Position numbers and translations under genes: made by a program. From positions 66,542,188 to 66,594,489 of the forward strand of contig NC_068988.1 in NCBI RefSeq assembly GCF_001194135.2: a stretch of DNA of 52,302 nt, written 5' to 3'. Source of the DNA: Octopus bimaculoides. Its lineage: Eukaryota. Of the stretch, positions 37,013 to 49,624 are shown piece by piece; position 1 is the first letter of the stretch, and every line of letters starts with the position of its first letter. Below the pieces are notes generated by a model. It was given only the letters and a program-made list of their open reading frames with translations. It had not been told where the DNA came from and ran no database searches.

Positions 37013-37317
37013 TACATACTACATAACACACATACACAAATGCACCACACATCATCATAAACACATTGCCACACACTGCACACATTGACACAGAATCTAT
37101 CAAGGATGTCTCTAAGTGGTTGTCCAGCTTACTAGATATAACAGCCAAATCATCCTTATTTCAAACTGCACTGAATTAAAAATGGACAAACTGGGGATTT
37201 CACAGACTTTAGGGCCTGATACAAATTTTTCAAACCAAATATTATACAGTCAATATGAGTCATACACATGTGGAAAGAAATTACAGCTTTCCATGCAACC
37301 ATCTTGTTCCTTAACTT

Positions 37318-37500
37318 CCAATCCTAAACCCTAACTCCTAACCCTAAACCTTAACTCTTGACCCTAAACCTTAACCCCTAACCTTAAACTTTAGCTCTTT
37401 AATCTGAAACTCTAACCCTTAAACTTAAACCCTTAATTTTAAACACTAATCTTTAAACTACACCCTTACCATAACTCCTAAATGTTAATCCTAATCCTCG
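37318..37500 (+). repeat. Degenerate (CCCTAA)n-like tract
   Basis: Repeated CCTAAACCCTAACTCCTAACCCTAAACCTTAAC variants. Confidence 0.6.
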
Positions 37501-37556
37501 TCCTTAGACATTAACCAACTGAACATATCATAAATTGTACGAATTTTTACTGAATA

Positions 37557-38024
<468 letters not shown>

Positions 38025-38237
38025 GGTTTTCATTGGTCCAAACATTTTCACCCTCATTCTGTTTCCTGATTCCAACCATACAAGATTTCATCCAAATCTT
38101 ACAGCTTTCTTCTTCTAACTTCATTGATATGACCCTCTCTGTAGTAATAAGACCATTGAGTTTAGCTGTTGCAGAACAGCTTTTTTACATTCTACTGTCT
38201 TACTATTTAGTGTAAATTTTCCTCTTTACCCTAATTA

Positions 38238-38453
38238 TTCTTTTCTACTCAGGGCACAAGGCCCAAAATTTTGGGGGAAGGGGTCAGTCGATTAGATCGA
38301 CCCCAGTATGCAACTGGTACTTAATTTATTGACCCTGTAAAGATAAAAGGCAAAGTCGACCTCGGTGGAATTTGAACTCAGAATGTAAAGTCAGAAAAAA
38401 TACTGCTAAGCATTTTACCTGGCATGCTAACATTTCTGTCAGCTCACCACCTT
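38238..38453 (-). mobile_element. Family D SINE
   Basis: GATCGACCCCAG..GGTACTTAATTTATTGACCC..GGCAAAGTCGACCTCGG is the reverse complement of the family D core. Other copies lie near 6040, 7585, 14360, 14620, 19030, 28390, 28610, 33771 and 44375. Confidence 0.82.
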
Positions 38454-38700
38454 TCCTTATCCTGATTATTGCAAGATTTATTGTACTTGATGACACAAAA
38501 GATGCATCAGCATATTAGATGCACCCGAATTTCAGCAGTGCATATTTAGGAAAAAAGTTTTAATCCATTAAAGCATATAAGATGGGTCCAGCTTAGCATA
38601 TAGAATGCAGGGGGATTTTTTGGATATTTTTTTTTGGAAAAAAATTGTAACTACAAATATGGTAAGTAGAAATGAATAACAGTAATACAATTTAGTGTAT

Positions 38701-39110
38701 TACTCTTTACTCTTTTTTTTTTTTACTCTTTCACTTGTTTCAGTCATTTGACTGCGGCCATGCTGGAGCACCACCTTTAGTCGAGCAAATCGACCGCGGG
38801 ACTTTGTAGGCTTAGTACTTATTCTATCGGTCTGTTTTGCCAAACTGCTAGGTGATGGGGACATAAACACACCAGCATTGGTTGTCAAGCAATGCTGGGG
38901 AGACAAACACAGACACACAAACACACATATTATACATACATATATATGACGGGCTTCTTTCAGTTTCCGTTTACCAAATCCACTCACAAAGCTTTGGTCG
39001 GCCCGAGGCTATAGTAGAAGACACTTGCCCAAGATGCCACGCAGTGGAACTGAACCCAGAACCATGTGGTTGGTAAGCAAGCTACTTACCACACAGCCAC
39101 TCCTGCGCCT
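38701..39110 (-). mobile_element. Near-consensus family B SINE (CORE-like)
   Basis: The minus strand reads GCAGGAGTGGCTGTGTGGTAAG..GGTTCAGTTCCACTGCGTGGCATCTTGGGCAAGTGTCTTC. The CTTGGGCAAGT motif resembles the CORE-SINE core. CpGs are retained. Confidence 0.88.
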
Positions 39111-39795
39111 CTTGTTCATAATAACTGGGAAAATCCAATTGAAATTAGGGGCAGTTATAAAATAGTTTATGCTGGATATCAAATTTGATGTTTTATACAA
39201 GCTTGACATCGGAGAAAAACTCAACCATATCTTTTATCTTTTACTTGTTTCAATCATTAGACTGCAACCGTGCTGGGGTATCACCTTGAAAGATTTTTAG
39301 TTGAATGAATTGACCCCAGTACTTAGGTTTTTTAAAGCCTGGTACTTATTCTATTGATCCCTTTTGCTGAACTGTTATACTACAGGGAAATAAACACACC
39401 AACGCCGGTTCTCAAGCAGTGATGTGAGACAAACAGAGGCACAAACACACACACAATACATATGGCAGGCTTCTTTCAGTTTCCATCTACCAAGTCTGCT
39501 TAAAAGGCTTTCATTGGTCCAAGGCTATCGGAGAAGACATTTACCCAAGGTGCCACAGAGTAGGACTGAACTCAGAACCATGTGGTTTGAAAGCAACCTT
39601 CTTACTGCACAACCATACCATTTTACTAAAGCCTTCAATTTTCAATTTTTATTGAGAGAGCAGTCATTATCATCATCATAGTAATGTCCACTTCTCCATG
39701 CTCTCATGGGTCACATGGAATTTGTTGAAGAGGATTTTTCTACAACTGGATGTCCTTCCTGTCACCAACCCTTACTTGTTTACAAGTAACGTAGG

Positions 39796-39981
39796 TGCAG
39801 GAGTGGCTGTGTGGTAAGTAGCTTGCTTACCAACCACATGGTTCCGGGTTCAGTCTCACTGCCCGACACCTTGAGCAAGTGTCCCCGTAATTAGACACTT
39901 GTCCAAGGTGCCACGCAGTGGGACTGAACCCGGAACCATGTGGTTGATAAGCAAGCTACTTACCACACAGCCACTCCTGCA
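39796..39981. repeat. Fold-back of two family B SINE heads: 88-bp arms with a 10-nt spacer
   Basis: Arms 39796-39883 and 39894-39981 are reverse complements (7 mismatches counted). Both end at GCAAGTGTC. The spacer is CCCGTAATTA. Confidence 0.92.
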
Positions 39982-40743
39982 TAGACATTTGTTTCATATG
40001 CTGCGCTTCCTTAGAGCAAAGTATATGCCAAACAAATCTGGGTAATTTCTTCGCCTTTAAAGCTTATGATAATTATTTACAAGCCATAAGATGATCATCC
40101 TCTTTCTTTGAATAGCTCCCAATGCACCATCACCTCTTATCACCCAGCAGTCAGTGACATTTCTGATGAAAACATACCCATTTATAATATTACTGCATTT
40201 TTATTTATTCCCTTATGTTTATCGCTTCAAATACTTTTCTTCTTTTTTTGTTTATTATGGATACATACTCTATGGTGTGTACTTAGAAATTGATATTTTC
40301 ATGCATAAAAGTAGTTGTAATAGTTAATGTTTTGAAATACTCTTTTGGAATGGATTGTAATTTATAACATGGAAATCAATGGGAAGATAGATTTTCGCAT
40401 TATGGAATTCCACATTATGGCAAGATTTTCAGATGCAAAATCAGTGAAGCTGGATACGCCATACACAGAACACACATGTGTGTGTATGTATATACGTGTA
40501 TGTGCATTTATCCATGTGTCTGTGTGTATATATGTATATATATTTGGCATTAGACACAGAAACCATGCAGTTTGCATTGCAGCACAATGCATTCCATGGA
40601 TTTGTCAGATCTTGTCAAACCATTCAGTATATGACAACATGGAATATGGATAATACAGTTCTATATTTAAGAGATGAGGAATTATGTACATTATTTACAT
40701 TATTTATATTTGACGGATATTTGTCCTCATCTAGTTTGTTGTT

Positions 40744-40789
40744 AACACAACGTTTCGGCTGATATACCCTCCAGCCTTCATCGGGTGTC
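40744..40789 (-). ncRNA. Minimal type I hammerhead ribozyme motif (minus-strand arm, U4C lesion)
   Basis: The minus strand reads GACAC-CCGATGA-A-GGCTG-GAGGGTATAT-CAGCC-GAAA-CGTT-GTGTT. Confidence 0.8.
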
Positions 40790-40850
40790 TTGGGGAAATT
40801 TCAAACCTGGGTTCTCATTCGTAAGGTATTTTTCGATGTTATTATTATTA

Positions 40851-40934
<84 letters not shown>

Positions 40935-41070
40935 TCACTGCTTGGAATCGAACTTGGAATCTTGGGGTTAACCACTAGGCCATATGCCTACGAGCATATG
41001 GCATAGTGGTTAAGAGCATGGGCTACTAACCCCAATGTTTCAAGTTCAATTCCAGGCAATGACCTGAATG

Positions 41071-41124
<54 letters not shown>

Positions 41125-41171
41125 TCAAAAAATACCTCAGGAATGAGAACTCAGGTTCGAAATTTCCCCAA

Positions 41172-41217
41172 GACACCTGATGAAGGCTGGCGGGTATATC
41201 AGCCGAAATGTTGTGTT
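41172..41217 (+). ncRNA. Minimal type I hammerhead ribozyme motif (plus-strand arm, stem III C-to-T lesion)
   Basis: GACAC-CTGATGA-A-GGCTG-GCGGGTATAT-CAGCC-GAAA-TGTT-GTGTT. Stem I is GACAC/GTGTT and stem II is GGCTG/CAGCC. Confidence 0.8.
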
Positions 41218-41519
41218 AACTACAAACAAGATGAGGACAAATATCCGTCAAATGTAAATAATGGAATATGTATGTAAGAAGATGATGATGATGATGAAAA
41301 TGATATATGTATACACACACCTATATATATGTGTGCATATAGTGTTCCGCCTCACATAAGATCAAATAGGAAGCAGTTCAGACTGTTTCGACAGAGGACA
41401 AAACCCAAACTACAAAATGTACTTATTAGAGATATGTTGATGTTGTTGGGGGAGTAACTCTAATGTCTCACTGAGATTCTCAAAAGAGTCTGTCAAAACG
41501 TCAGCTGGACTATCAGTCT

Positions 41520-42101
41520 GAAGAAGATGAAAGTGCTGGGCCAAGGCTTTGAGCATTCTTCAACCATTACTGTCAGCAACTGCAAGCTGAAGGTAGTCTA
41601 CAAATTTACATATCTCAGATACAATAACACAGATAAAGCTTCTCTAGAGTCTGAGATCATCAAACATATCAGAAAAAAGCTTCAACACTAGCTAGGATGA
41701 CAATAAAGGTCTGAGAGAACAGTAGACTAATGGCACATATAAAGGCTGCTGTTTACAGAGCTTGTGTCCTTAGCACACTGCTATATGACAAAGAGACCTG
41801 GAGCCTGTACTCCAGACAAGAGCAACATTTCAACTCCTTCCACTTACTCAGCCAAAGATGAATGCTGGATATTAAGTGAGCTGATTGAATTACCAACAAT
41901 GAAATCCTGGTTTGTTCCCAACTGCCCAGCTTCTTCATCCCACAACAATGAACCTTCTGCTGGTTAGGCCATGCACAGTGCATGTCAGGTGAGCTAATCC
42001 TGAAAGATCTGATGAATGGGGAACTGGCTTCCAGCAGGAAAAGACATGGTTGGCTCCGTCTTCCTTTCTAAGATATTTACAAGAAAGACATGTTGAAATG
42101 A
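41520..42101 (+). pseudogene. Decayed RTE-clade LINE, RT C-terminal region
   Basis: One frame from 41730 reads MAHIKAAVYRACVLSTLLYDKETWSLYSRQEQHFNSFHLLSQR*MLDIK*AD*ITNNEIL...CWLGHAQCMSGELILKDLMNGELASSRKRHG...DIYKKDM (RTE VYRACVLSTLLYG.ETW / RWLGH / YGEL motifs), with in-frame stops. Confidence 0.88.
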
Positions 42102-43302
42102 GAACATTATTGGTGATCACCTCCCCACCCCAACACCACCACCATCACTATCACAGGCAAATAAAACTTGGCAAGGGATTAAAAAAGATGAGAGGAGACC
42201 TTTATCTGGGACTTGCCAATGAATAGAAACGGCACCAATACAAGACTGTCCAACTATGTTTTCAAATGTAAGAACTACAGCCAAAACTGTCATGCATGTG
42301 TGGGTCCCCACAGCCACAGCAGGTGCTGTTCTGTCAACAAAACTGAAACAAGACTTTACAGGCGTAGATCTATGGTCCTATGGGACTAACACATCAAAAG
42401 CACCTGTGCTGGTGCCACATAAAAGCCCCCATATCGGTGTTGGATAAAAGCACCCAGTACACTCTGTAAAGTGGTTGGTGTTAGGAAGAAACCATGCCAA
42501 AATAGATATGGAGCTCAGGCAGTTCTCCAGTTCTTGTCAAACCGTCCAACACATGCTAGCATGGAAAATGGACATATTATGATGATGCTGACAATGAGGA
42601 TGACAGTGTGTACCTATGTGTCTGTGTATGTACATGTGGATAGNNNNNNNNNNNNNNNNNNNNNNNNNNNNNNNNNNNNNNNNNNNNNNNNNNNNNNNNN
42701 NNNNNNNNNNNNNNNNNNNNNNNNNNNNNNNNNNNNNNNNNNNNNNNNNNNNNNNNNNNNNNNNNNNNNNNNNNNNNNNNNNNNNNNNNNNNNNNNNNNN
42801 NNNNNNNNNNNNNNNNNNNNNNNNNNNNNNNNNNNNNNNNNNNNNNNNNNNNNNNNNNNNNNNNNNNNNNNNNNNNNNNNNNNNNNNNNNNNNNNNNNNN
42901 NNNNNNNNNNNNNNNNNNNNNNNNNNNNNNNNNNNNNNNNNNNNNNNNNNNNNNNNNNNNNNNNNNNNNNNNNNNNNNNNNNNNNNNNNNNNNNNNNNNN
43001 NNNNNNNNNNNNNNNNNNNNNNNNNNNNNNNNNNNNNNNNNNNNNNNNNNNNNNNNNNNNNNNNNNNNNNNNNNNNNNNNNNNNNNNNNNNNNNNNNNNN
43101 NNNNNNNNNNNNNNNNNNNNNNNNNNNNNNNNNNNNNNNNNNNNNNNNNNNNNNNNNNNNNNNNNNNNNNNNNNNNNNNNNNNNNNNNNNNNNNNNNNNN
43201 NNNNNNNNNNNNNNNNNNNNNNNNNNNNNNNNNNNNNNNNNNNNNNNNNNNNNNNNNNNNNNNNNNNNNNNNNNNNNNNNNNNNNNNNNNNNNNNNNNNN
43301 NN

Positions 43303-43622
43303 NCCCACGGCATGTGTAAGGATTTTCGAGCGAGGTCGTTGCCAGTGCCCCTGGACTGGCTCTTGTGCGGGTGGCACATAAAATACACCATTTTGAGCGT
43401 GGCCATTGCCAGTACCGCCTGACTGGCCTTCGTGCCAGTGGCATGTAAAAGCACCCTCTACACTCTCTGAGTGGTTGGCATTAGGAAGGGCATCCAGCTG
43501 TAGAAACTCTGCCAAATCGGATTGGAGCCTGGTGTAGCCATCTGGTTTCACCAGTCCTCAGTCAAATCGTCCAACCCATGCTAGCATGGAAAGTGGACGT
43601 TAAACGACGACGATGATGATGA
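43303..43622 (+). mobile_element. Family A SINE, near-consensus
   Basis: Contains both GCCAGT-N8-ACTGGC hairpin modules, the core and the (GAC/GAT)n tail. Confidence 0.88.
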
Positions 43623-43794
43623 TATATGTATGTATGTATGTAAATACTTTTTTATGTGGTGCCTGTAATGGACACAAAAGAAAAATATCTTTTTCTAATT
43701 CCCAATCAGTATAGATACTGTGCTCCAGCATGGCCTTTGCTGTGATGGCAAATAAGGACTAAAATAACACAGTCTATTTGTTTTATTTTCATAG

Positions 43795-45819
43795 TTATTG
43801 ACTGTGCTAACACCTTTACAACTATTTCACTACTACCACCCAAACCACCTCACACCCATCGTTACACCACCTCCAACACCACCATCATATCCCTATTTCT
43901 ACCACACAACACTACCACATAAACACAACCATCTCTACCACCACCACCCTCCCCGATGCCACTGCCCACAACCACTGCTCCCCCACCACTTTCACCCCTA
44001 CCACCATCTCTACCATCACCACACTAACAAACACCACCACCACCTTCGCCGCCACCACCTACCACCACCACCACCACTACAACCATCGCCACCATCAACA
44101 GTACAACAGCTGCAACAATTTACTGCTGTCTCTACTGACATTGCTGCAGCCACCACCGACCAGACTCCACACTCGGCAGCACAACAACAACAAGAACAAC
44201 AACAGCAACAAAAGCATTTTGTATTTTAATTAGTTAAACATGACAATAGCAAAAACAACAACAACAACAACAACATCCCGGCGTCAAATTGTTTTCGTTG
44301 TAAACGAGAAACAGTTTATGGACAGCTACAGCATTACCACTCCTGTCTATCATCAGTAATAATTGTTTCTGATATATCCAAGAAGCCAGAAATCGGTAGG
44401 GGGAGGGGTAAGTCGATGGCATCGACCCCAGTACCTCATTGGTGGTAGATTATCGTATCGATCCCGGTGGAACAGAAAGGCAAAGTTGACTTTCGGCGGG
44501 GTTGAACTCGGAAACGTTAAACAGCCGGGAGAAATACCGCACGCAACGCATTTTATATTGTCTTAATTTTCTACCGGTTCTGCTAACCCACAACAACAGT
44601 AATAACAACAGTTGGAGTAATAACAACAGCAGGAGTAATAACAGCAACAATAATTATAGTAATAACAATCATAATAACCACGAGACGTAAGTCTCTTCGT
44701 GTTCCCTGTCCTGCTAGCAATAGCAGCCAAATCCGCCTCAAACCACTTTGAAAATTGAACACATTGGATAACATAGTCTGAGTACAATATTGCTAAGCGT
44801 AATAATAATAATTACGAAGGTTAGTCATGGATGGAACGCCTTTGATTATAGATCTATTTGAACAGGGCTGATGACCTACAGCTAAACAGCAACAAAAGCC
44901 ATCACCAACACCACCACAACTACCGCATAAACTACCACAGTTTTACTACTGTTAATACCACTACCAAGCCCAGCTGCAACACCAACAATACCAGAAACTA
45001 TATACATTACTATTACCACCACCACTATCACCACTAGCACCTATACTAGCAGTTATATCGTCGTCGTCGTCGTCATCATCAGCAGCAGCGCAAATAACAA
45101 CAGCAGCAACAACAACTGTTACAAAACCGTAACAAAATCTTTCCCGAGCGGACAACAACAACAGCAACAACAACTACTACTACTTCTACTGTAGCAACAA
45201 CAACAACAACAACAACAACAGTAGCTGAAGTGATAGCTACTGTAACATCAACACCAATATCAACAATAATAACGTCTACGACATCAACAGCTGCCAAAAC
45301 ATAATCGCTCGAAGCAGACACATTGTGACAACAACGGCAAAACTTGCCAGCAAGACAGCAACCAAGTAAGCAATGATGAAAGCAATTTAGCAATTACTTA
45401 CAGCAACAGTAACGGCAGCACCAACAGCAATAACAACAACAATAGAGATATTACAAACTACCGCAGCTACCGATCACCAGAGATCGAACTAGCAATCATC
45501 ATGTTTGCAACAAGAGGATAGACGTTAAACGGAGTACCACTGTATCAGTTGCTAGCATCAGCAGCAGCAGCAGCGATAGCACAAACAACAACAGCAATCA
45601 TAAACAAAGCAAGAATGCCACCGCCGTCGCCGCCACCGCCGCCGCCGCCACCACCATCATCACAATCAGCTCCAGCACCAACAGCGACGGCAAGTACACT
45701 GTCACCGCCACCACCACCACCATCACAGCTACCGCTATTATCATCTTGACCATGTGCAGTATTTACTTTTTCTTGTAAATTTTTCCGTATCAAAACATCC
45801 ACCACCATCACTACTACTG

Positions 45820-45853
<34 letters not shown>

Positions 45854-45900
45854 CAGTAGTAGTAGTAGTAGTAGTAGTAGCAGCAGTAGTAATATTGCCA
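43795..45900 (+). repeat. About 2-kb low-complexity trinucleotide mosaic (CAC/CAA/CAG/TAC/AAT) with an embedded family D SINE at about 44375-44580 (-)
   Basis: Visible directly in the sequence; it produces the poly-H/P/Q/L/V ORFs. Confidence 0.85.
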
Positions 45901-45958
45901 CTAGCAACATATGCAGTGCATGAAACTGTGGGTATCACCTGTGTTGACACTAGGGAAC

Positions 45959-45998
<40 letters not shown>

Positions 45999-46039
45999 TG
46001 GTTTATGTATGTATGTGTAATATATGTGTGACCATAATA

Positions 46040-46083
<44 letters not shown>

Positions 46084-46993
46084 CAATGTTTACAATGTAC
46101 ATATATGTACATAATGTGTACAAATGTATGAGAATATATACATGCACATGTGTACATAATGTGGACCTGGTTTCAGATTCTGTCCCATTCTGGACACCCA
46201 CCCTGGTCAAGTGCCTTCTACTATGGCCTCAGGTGAAGCAATGCCAGGGGGGCAAATATTTAGTAAACGGAAATAGTATGAATGTCAGTTGCATGTGCGT
46301 GTATATATACATATATATATATATATACTCTCTTTTACTCTTTTACTTGTTTCAGTCATTTGACTGTGGCCATGCTGGAGCACCGCCTTTAGTCGAGCAA
46401 ATCGACCCCAGGACTTATTCTTTGGAAGCCTAGTACTTATTCTATCAGTCTCTTTTGCTGAACCGCTAAGTCACGGGGATGTAAACACACCAGCATCGGT
46501 TGTCAAGCGATGTTGGGGGGACAAACACAGACACACAAACATATACACATACATAGATATAGATATATATATATATGTATATATANNNNNNNNNNNNNNN
46601 NNNNNNNNNNNNNNNNNNNNNNNNNNNNNNNNNNNNNNNNNNNNNNNNNNNNNNNNNNNNNNNNNNNNNNNNNNNNNNNNNNNNNNNNNNNNNNNNNNNN
46701 NNNNNNNNNNNNNNNNNNNNNNNNNNNNNNNNNNNNNNNNNNNNNNNNNNNNNNNNNNNNNNNNNNNNNNNNNNNNNNNNNNNNNNNTATATATATTAAG
46801 GTGGTGCTCCAGCATGGCCGCAGTCAAATGACTGAAACAAGTTAAAGAATTAAAGAATATATATATACATATATACGATGGGCTTCTTTTAGTTTCCGTC
46901 TACCAAATCCACTCACAAGGCTTTGGTCGGCCCGAGGCTATATATATATATATATATGTGTGTTATATATATATTATATCATATTATATTATA

Positions 46994-47398
46994 TGTGGCT
47001 GTGTGGTAAGAAGCTTGCTTGTCAACCACATGGTTCTGGGTTCAGTCCCACTGTGTGGCACCTTGAGCAAGCGTTTTCAATAGCCTCTGGCCGATCAAAG
47101 CCTTGTGAGTAGATTTGGTAGATGGAAACTGAAAGAAGTCTGTTGTATATATATATGTATGTATACATATTTGTGTATTTTTATGTCTGCGTTTGTCCAC
47201 CCAACAGCGCTTGACAGCCAGTGTTGGTATGTTTGTGTCCTCCATAACTTACCAGTTCAGCAAAAGGGGTTGATAGAATAAGTACTAGGCATACAATGAA
47301 TAAGTCCTGGGGTCGATTTGTTCAACTAAAACCCTTCAACGTAGTGCTCCAGCATGGCTGCAGTCAAAGGAGTGAAATGTGTAAAAGAATAAAAGAAC
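46994..47398 (+). mobile_element. Family B SINE
   Basis: Head TGGCTGTGTGGTAAGAAGCTTGC and tail GTGCTCCAGCATGGCTGCAGTC..AAAAGAATAAAAG. Confidence 0.85.
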
Positions 47399-47845
47399 AC
47401 ACACACACACACACATGTATATATTATGTGCATACACAAATGCTTATACATGCTCGTGCACGTGAATGTGTCAGAAAGTAATGCAATTTTTATTTGTATC
47501 ACTTTCTGATTCATCCTTGTATGTATGTATATATATATATTCTGCATATTTGTATGTGTGTGTGCATGCACGTGCATGTGGCTTTTTGTTTGTCCTCTCC
47601 CACTAATACCACCAAATCAGCTTGGCAATTGGTGTTGGTTTGTTTATGTCACCATAATGAAGCAGTTAGGGAGTAATAAAAGCAATACGAGACTTAAAGA
47701 CAACTACTGGGAGATGATTTACTTGGCTTAATTCATCAAAAGAATGAAACACGAAAAAGAATAAAAGAATATATATAATGTATACATATATACATGTGTG
47801 CGCGTGCCCTCATTTTATATGCATACATATATATATGTGTATATA

Positions 47846-47849
<4 letters not shown>

Positions 47850-47936
<87 letters not shown>

Positions 47937-47956
47937 GTATATGTATGTATGTATGT

Positions 47957-47989
<33 letters not shown>

Positions 47990-47994
47990 CAGAC

Positions 47995-48053
<59 letters not shown>

Positions 48054-48075
48054 TAGATAGATAGATAGATATATA
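47850..48075. repeat. Compound microsatellite (AT)n-(ATGT)n-(TAGA/CAGA)n
   Basis: Visible directly in the sequence. Confidence 0.95.
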
Positions 48076-49180
48076 TGTATGTAAATAATTCATATAAATA
48101 TATATGAGGGGATGAGTACATATGTATGTGTGTTTGTGTATATGTGCACACGTGTATGCGTGTGTATTATTTCTTTGTGATTTCATCATAAAAGGCCAAG
48201 TATTCACAACGCATGTGTTAGGAGCATCTGTGTTGGTAAGCAGTAACTGCATGAGGCCTTTAGGTACAAGTAAATATTTAAGTAAATATTTACATTTGTC
48301 AACAAATCGACACACACACACACATCAATGAACTATCGGCTGCTGTTTTCAAAGTCAAGTACTATTTGATGTAGCAAGAAGGAGTTGTAGCCATGGCAAC
48401 TGCAGCTTATCCCCACATCCACACCCATACACTCCCACACGCCAAGCCAGTAAGCTGTTTGGACTTTAGAAGCAGTATAGACAAACAAACCCAGTATGGG
48501 GGAATGGACTACATAGCTATTGTATTTGCCGGTGTATAAGATATGCTCTCGCAGTAGACAAACCCCTATGATTTTTGTAGAAAATAAATATATTTTGTGG
48601 GAAAAACAAATTTAATGTTTTGTCATACACTCATACACTCAGTGTCTCATCTGTAATACGGTTGCATTAGATGTATGCCAAATTTTTGCTTCATTTAAGA
48701 ATAAGAAAGAAGCATGTCTTAGACACAGGCATACATAGCATTATTGCTTATTGAGGAATCGTATGTTGTCAATTCTACTATAACTGCATGGTTGTATAAA
48801 TTGGCAACATGGTCTTCTGACATATTGTAGGTTATATGGTTCATAAGTTGTCGGTGGGCCCTTGAGCTAAAGAAGGAGAGAGAGAGAGAGTGTGAGACAG
48901 TGAAAGAAAGAGAAGAGAAACAAGAGAGAGAGAGAATGAGAGACAATGAGAGCCCTACTTATTATGTTATATAATCTAGCAGCAAGTTAGATAGTACAAG
49001 AACAGTAGGTGAGAGGGAGTAGTAAAGAAACAGAAAGAGAGAGGAAGAAATTGGACAGGATAATGTCATCTTTTAAACTTATATAAATTCATTCATTATT
49101 TTAGATTATAGTATAGTTATTATCGTTTAGTCCCGGGTTAACAATGATGGAATGTGCAATGTTATTCCAATTATGATCAT

Positions 49181-49571
49181 ACTCTCTTTTACTTTTTTAC
49201 TTGTTTCAGTCATTTGACTGCGGCCATGCTGGGGCACCACCTTTAGTCGAGTAAATCGACCCCAGGACTTATTCTTTTGTAAGCCCAGTACTTATTCTAT
49301 CGGTCTCTTTTGCCGAACCGCTGGGTGACGGGGACATAAACACACCAGCATCGGTTGTCAAGCGACGTTGGGGGACAAACACAGATACACACATATAAAT
49401 ATATATACATATATATACGATGGGCTTCTTTCAGTTTCTGTCAACCAAATCCATTCACAAGGCTTTGGTCGGCCCGAGGCTATAGTAGAAGACACTTGCC
49501 CAAGATGTCACGCAGTGGGAATGAACCCGGAACCATGTGGCTGGTAAGCAAGCTACTTACCACACAGTCAC
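49181..49571 (-). mobile_element. Near-consensus family B SINE
   Basis: Highly similar to 38701-39110 and 46325-46570. Confidence 0.88.
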
Positions 49572-49624
49572 TTTTTTCTTTGTCTTCCTTCTGTGCATGA
49601 AAGACAGGATGACATTGTTTAACG

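Larger units (their letters stand above)
40698..41263. mobile_element. Head-to-head palindrome of a tRNA-headed, (AAT)n-containing element carrying a hammerhead motif
   Basis: Arms 40698-40987 and 40994-41263 with spacer CTACGA. The + arm has an A-box-like TGGCATAGTGG (40999-41009), a B-box-like GTTCAATTCC (41044-41053), (AAT)n, then the HHR. Confidence 0.88.

Noticed and set aside
40155-40185. Other CTGATGA/CTGAAGA hits (40159, 12736, minus strand near 12950, about 41518, about 42009)
   Set aside because: No closing stem II plus GAAA; two of them lie inside the RTE coding relic.
40994-41066. tRNA gene (also the heads of SINE families B, C, D and E)
   Set aside because: Imperfect stems, no proper acceptor stem, and each is fused to a repeat body; these are tRNA-derived heads.
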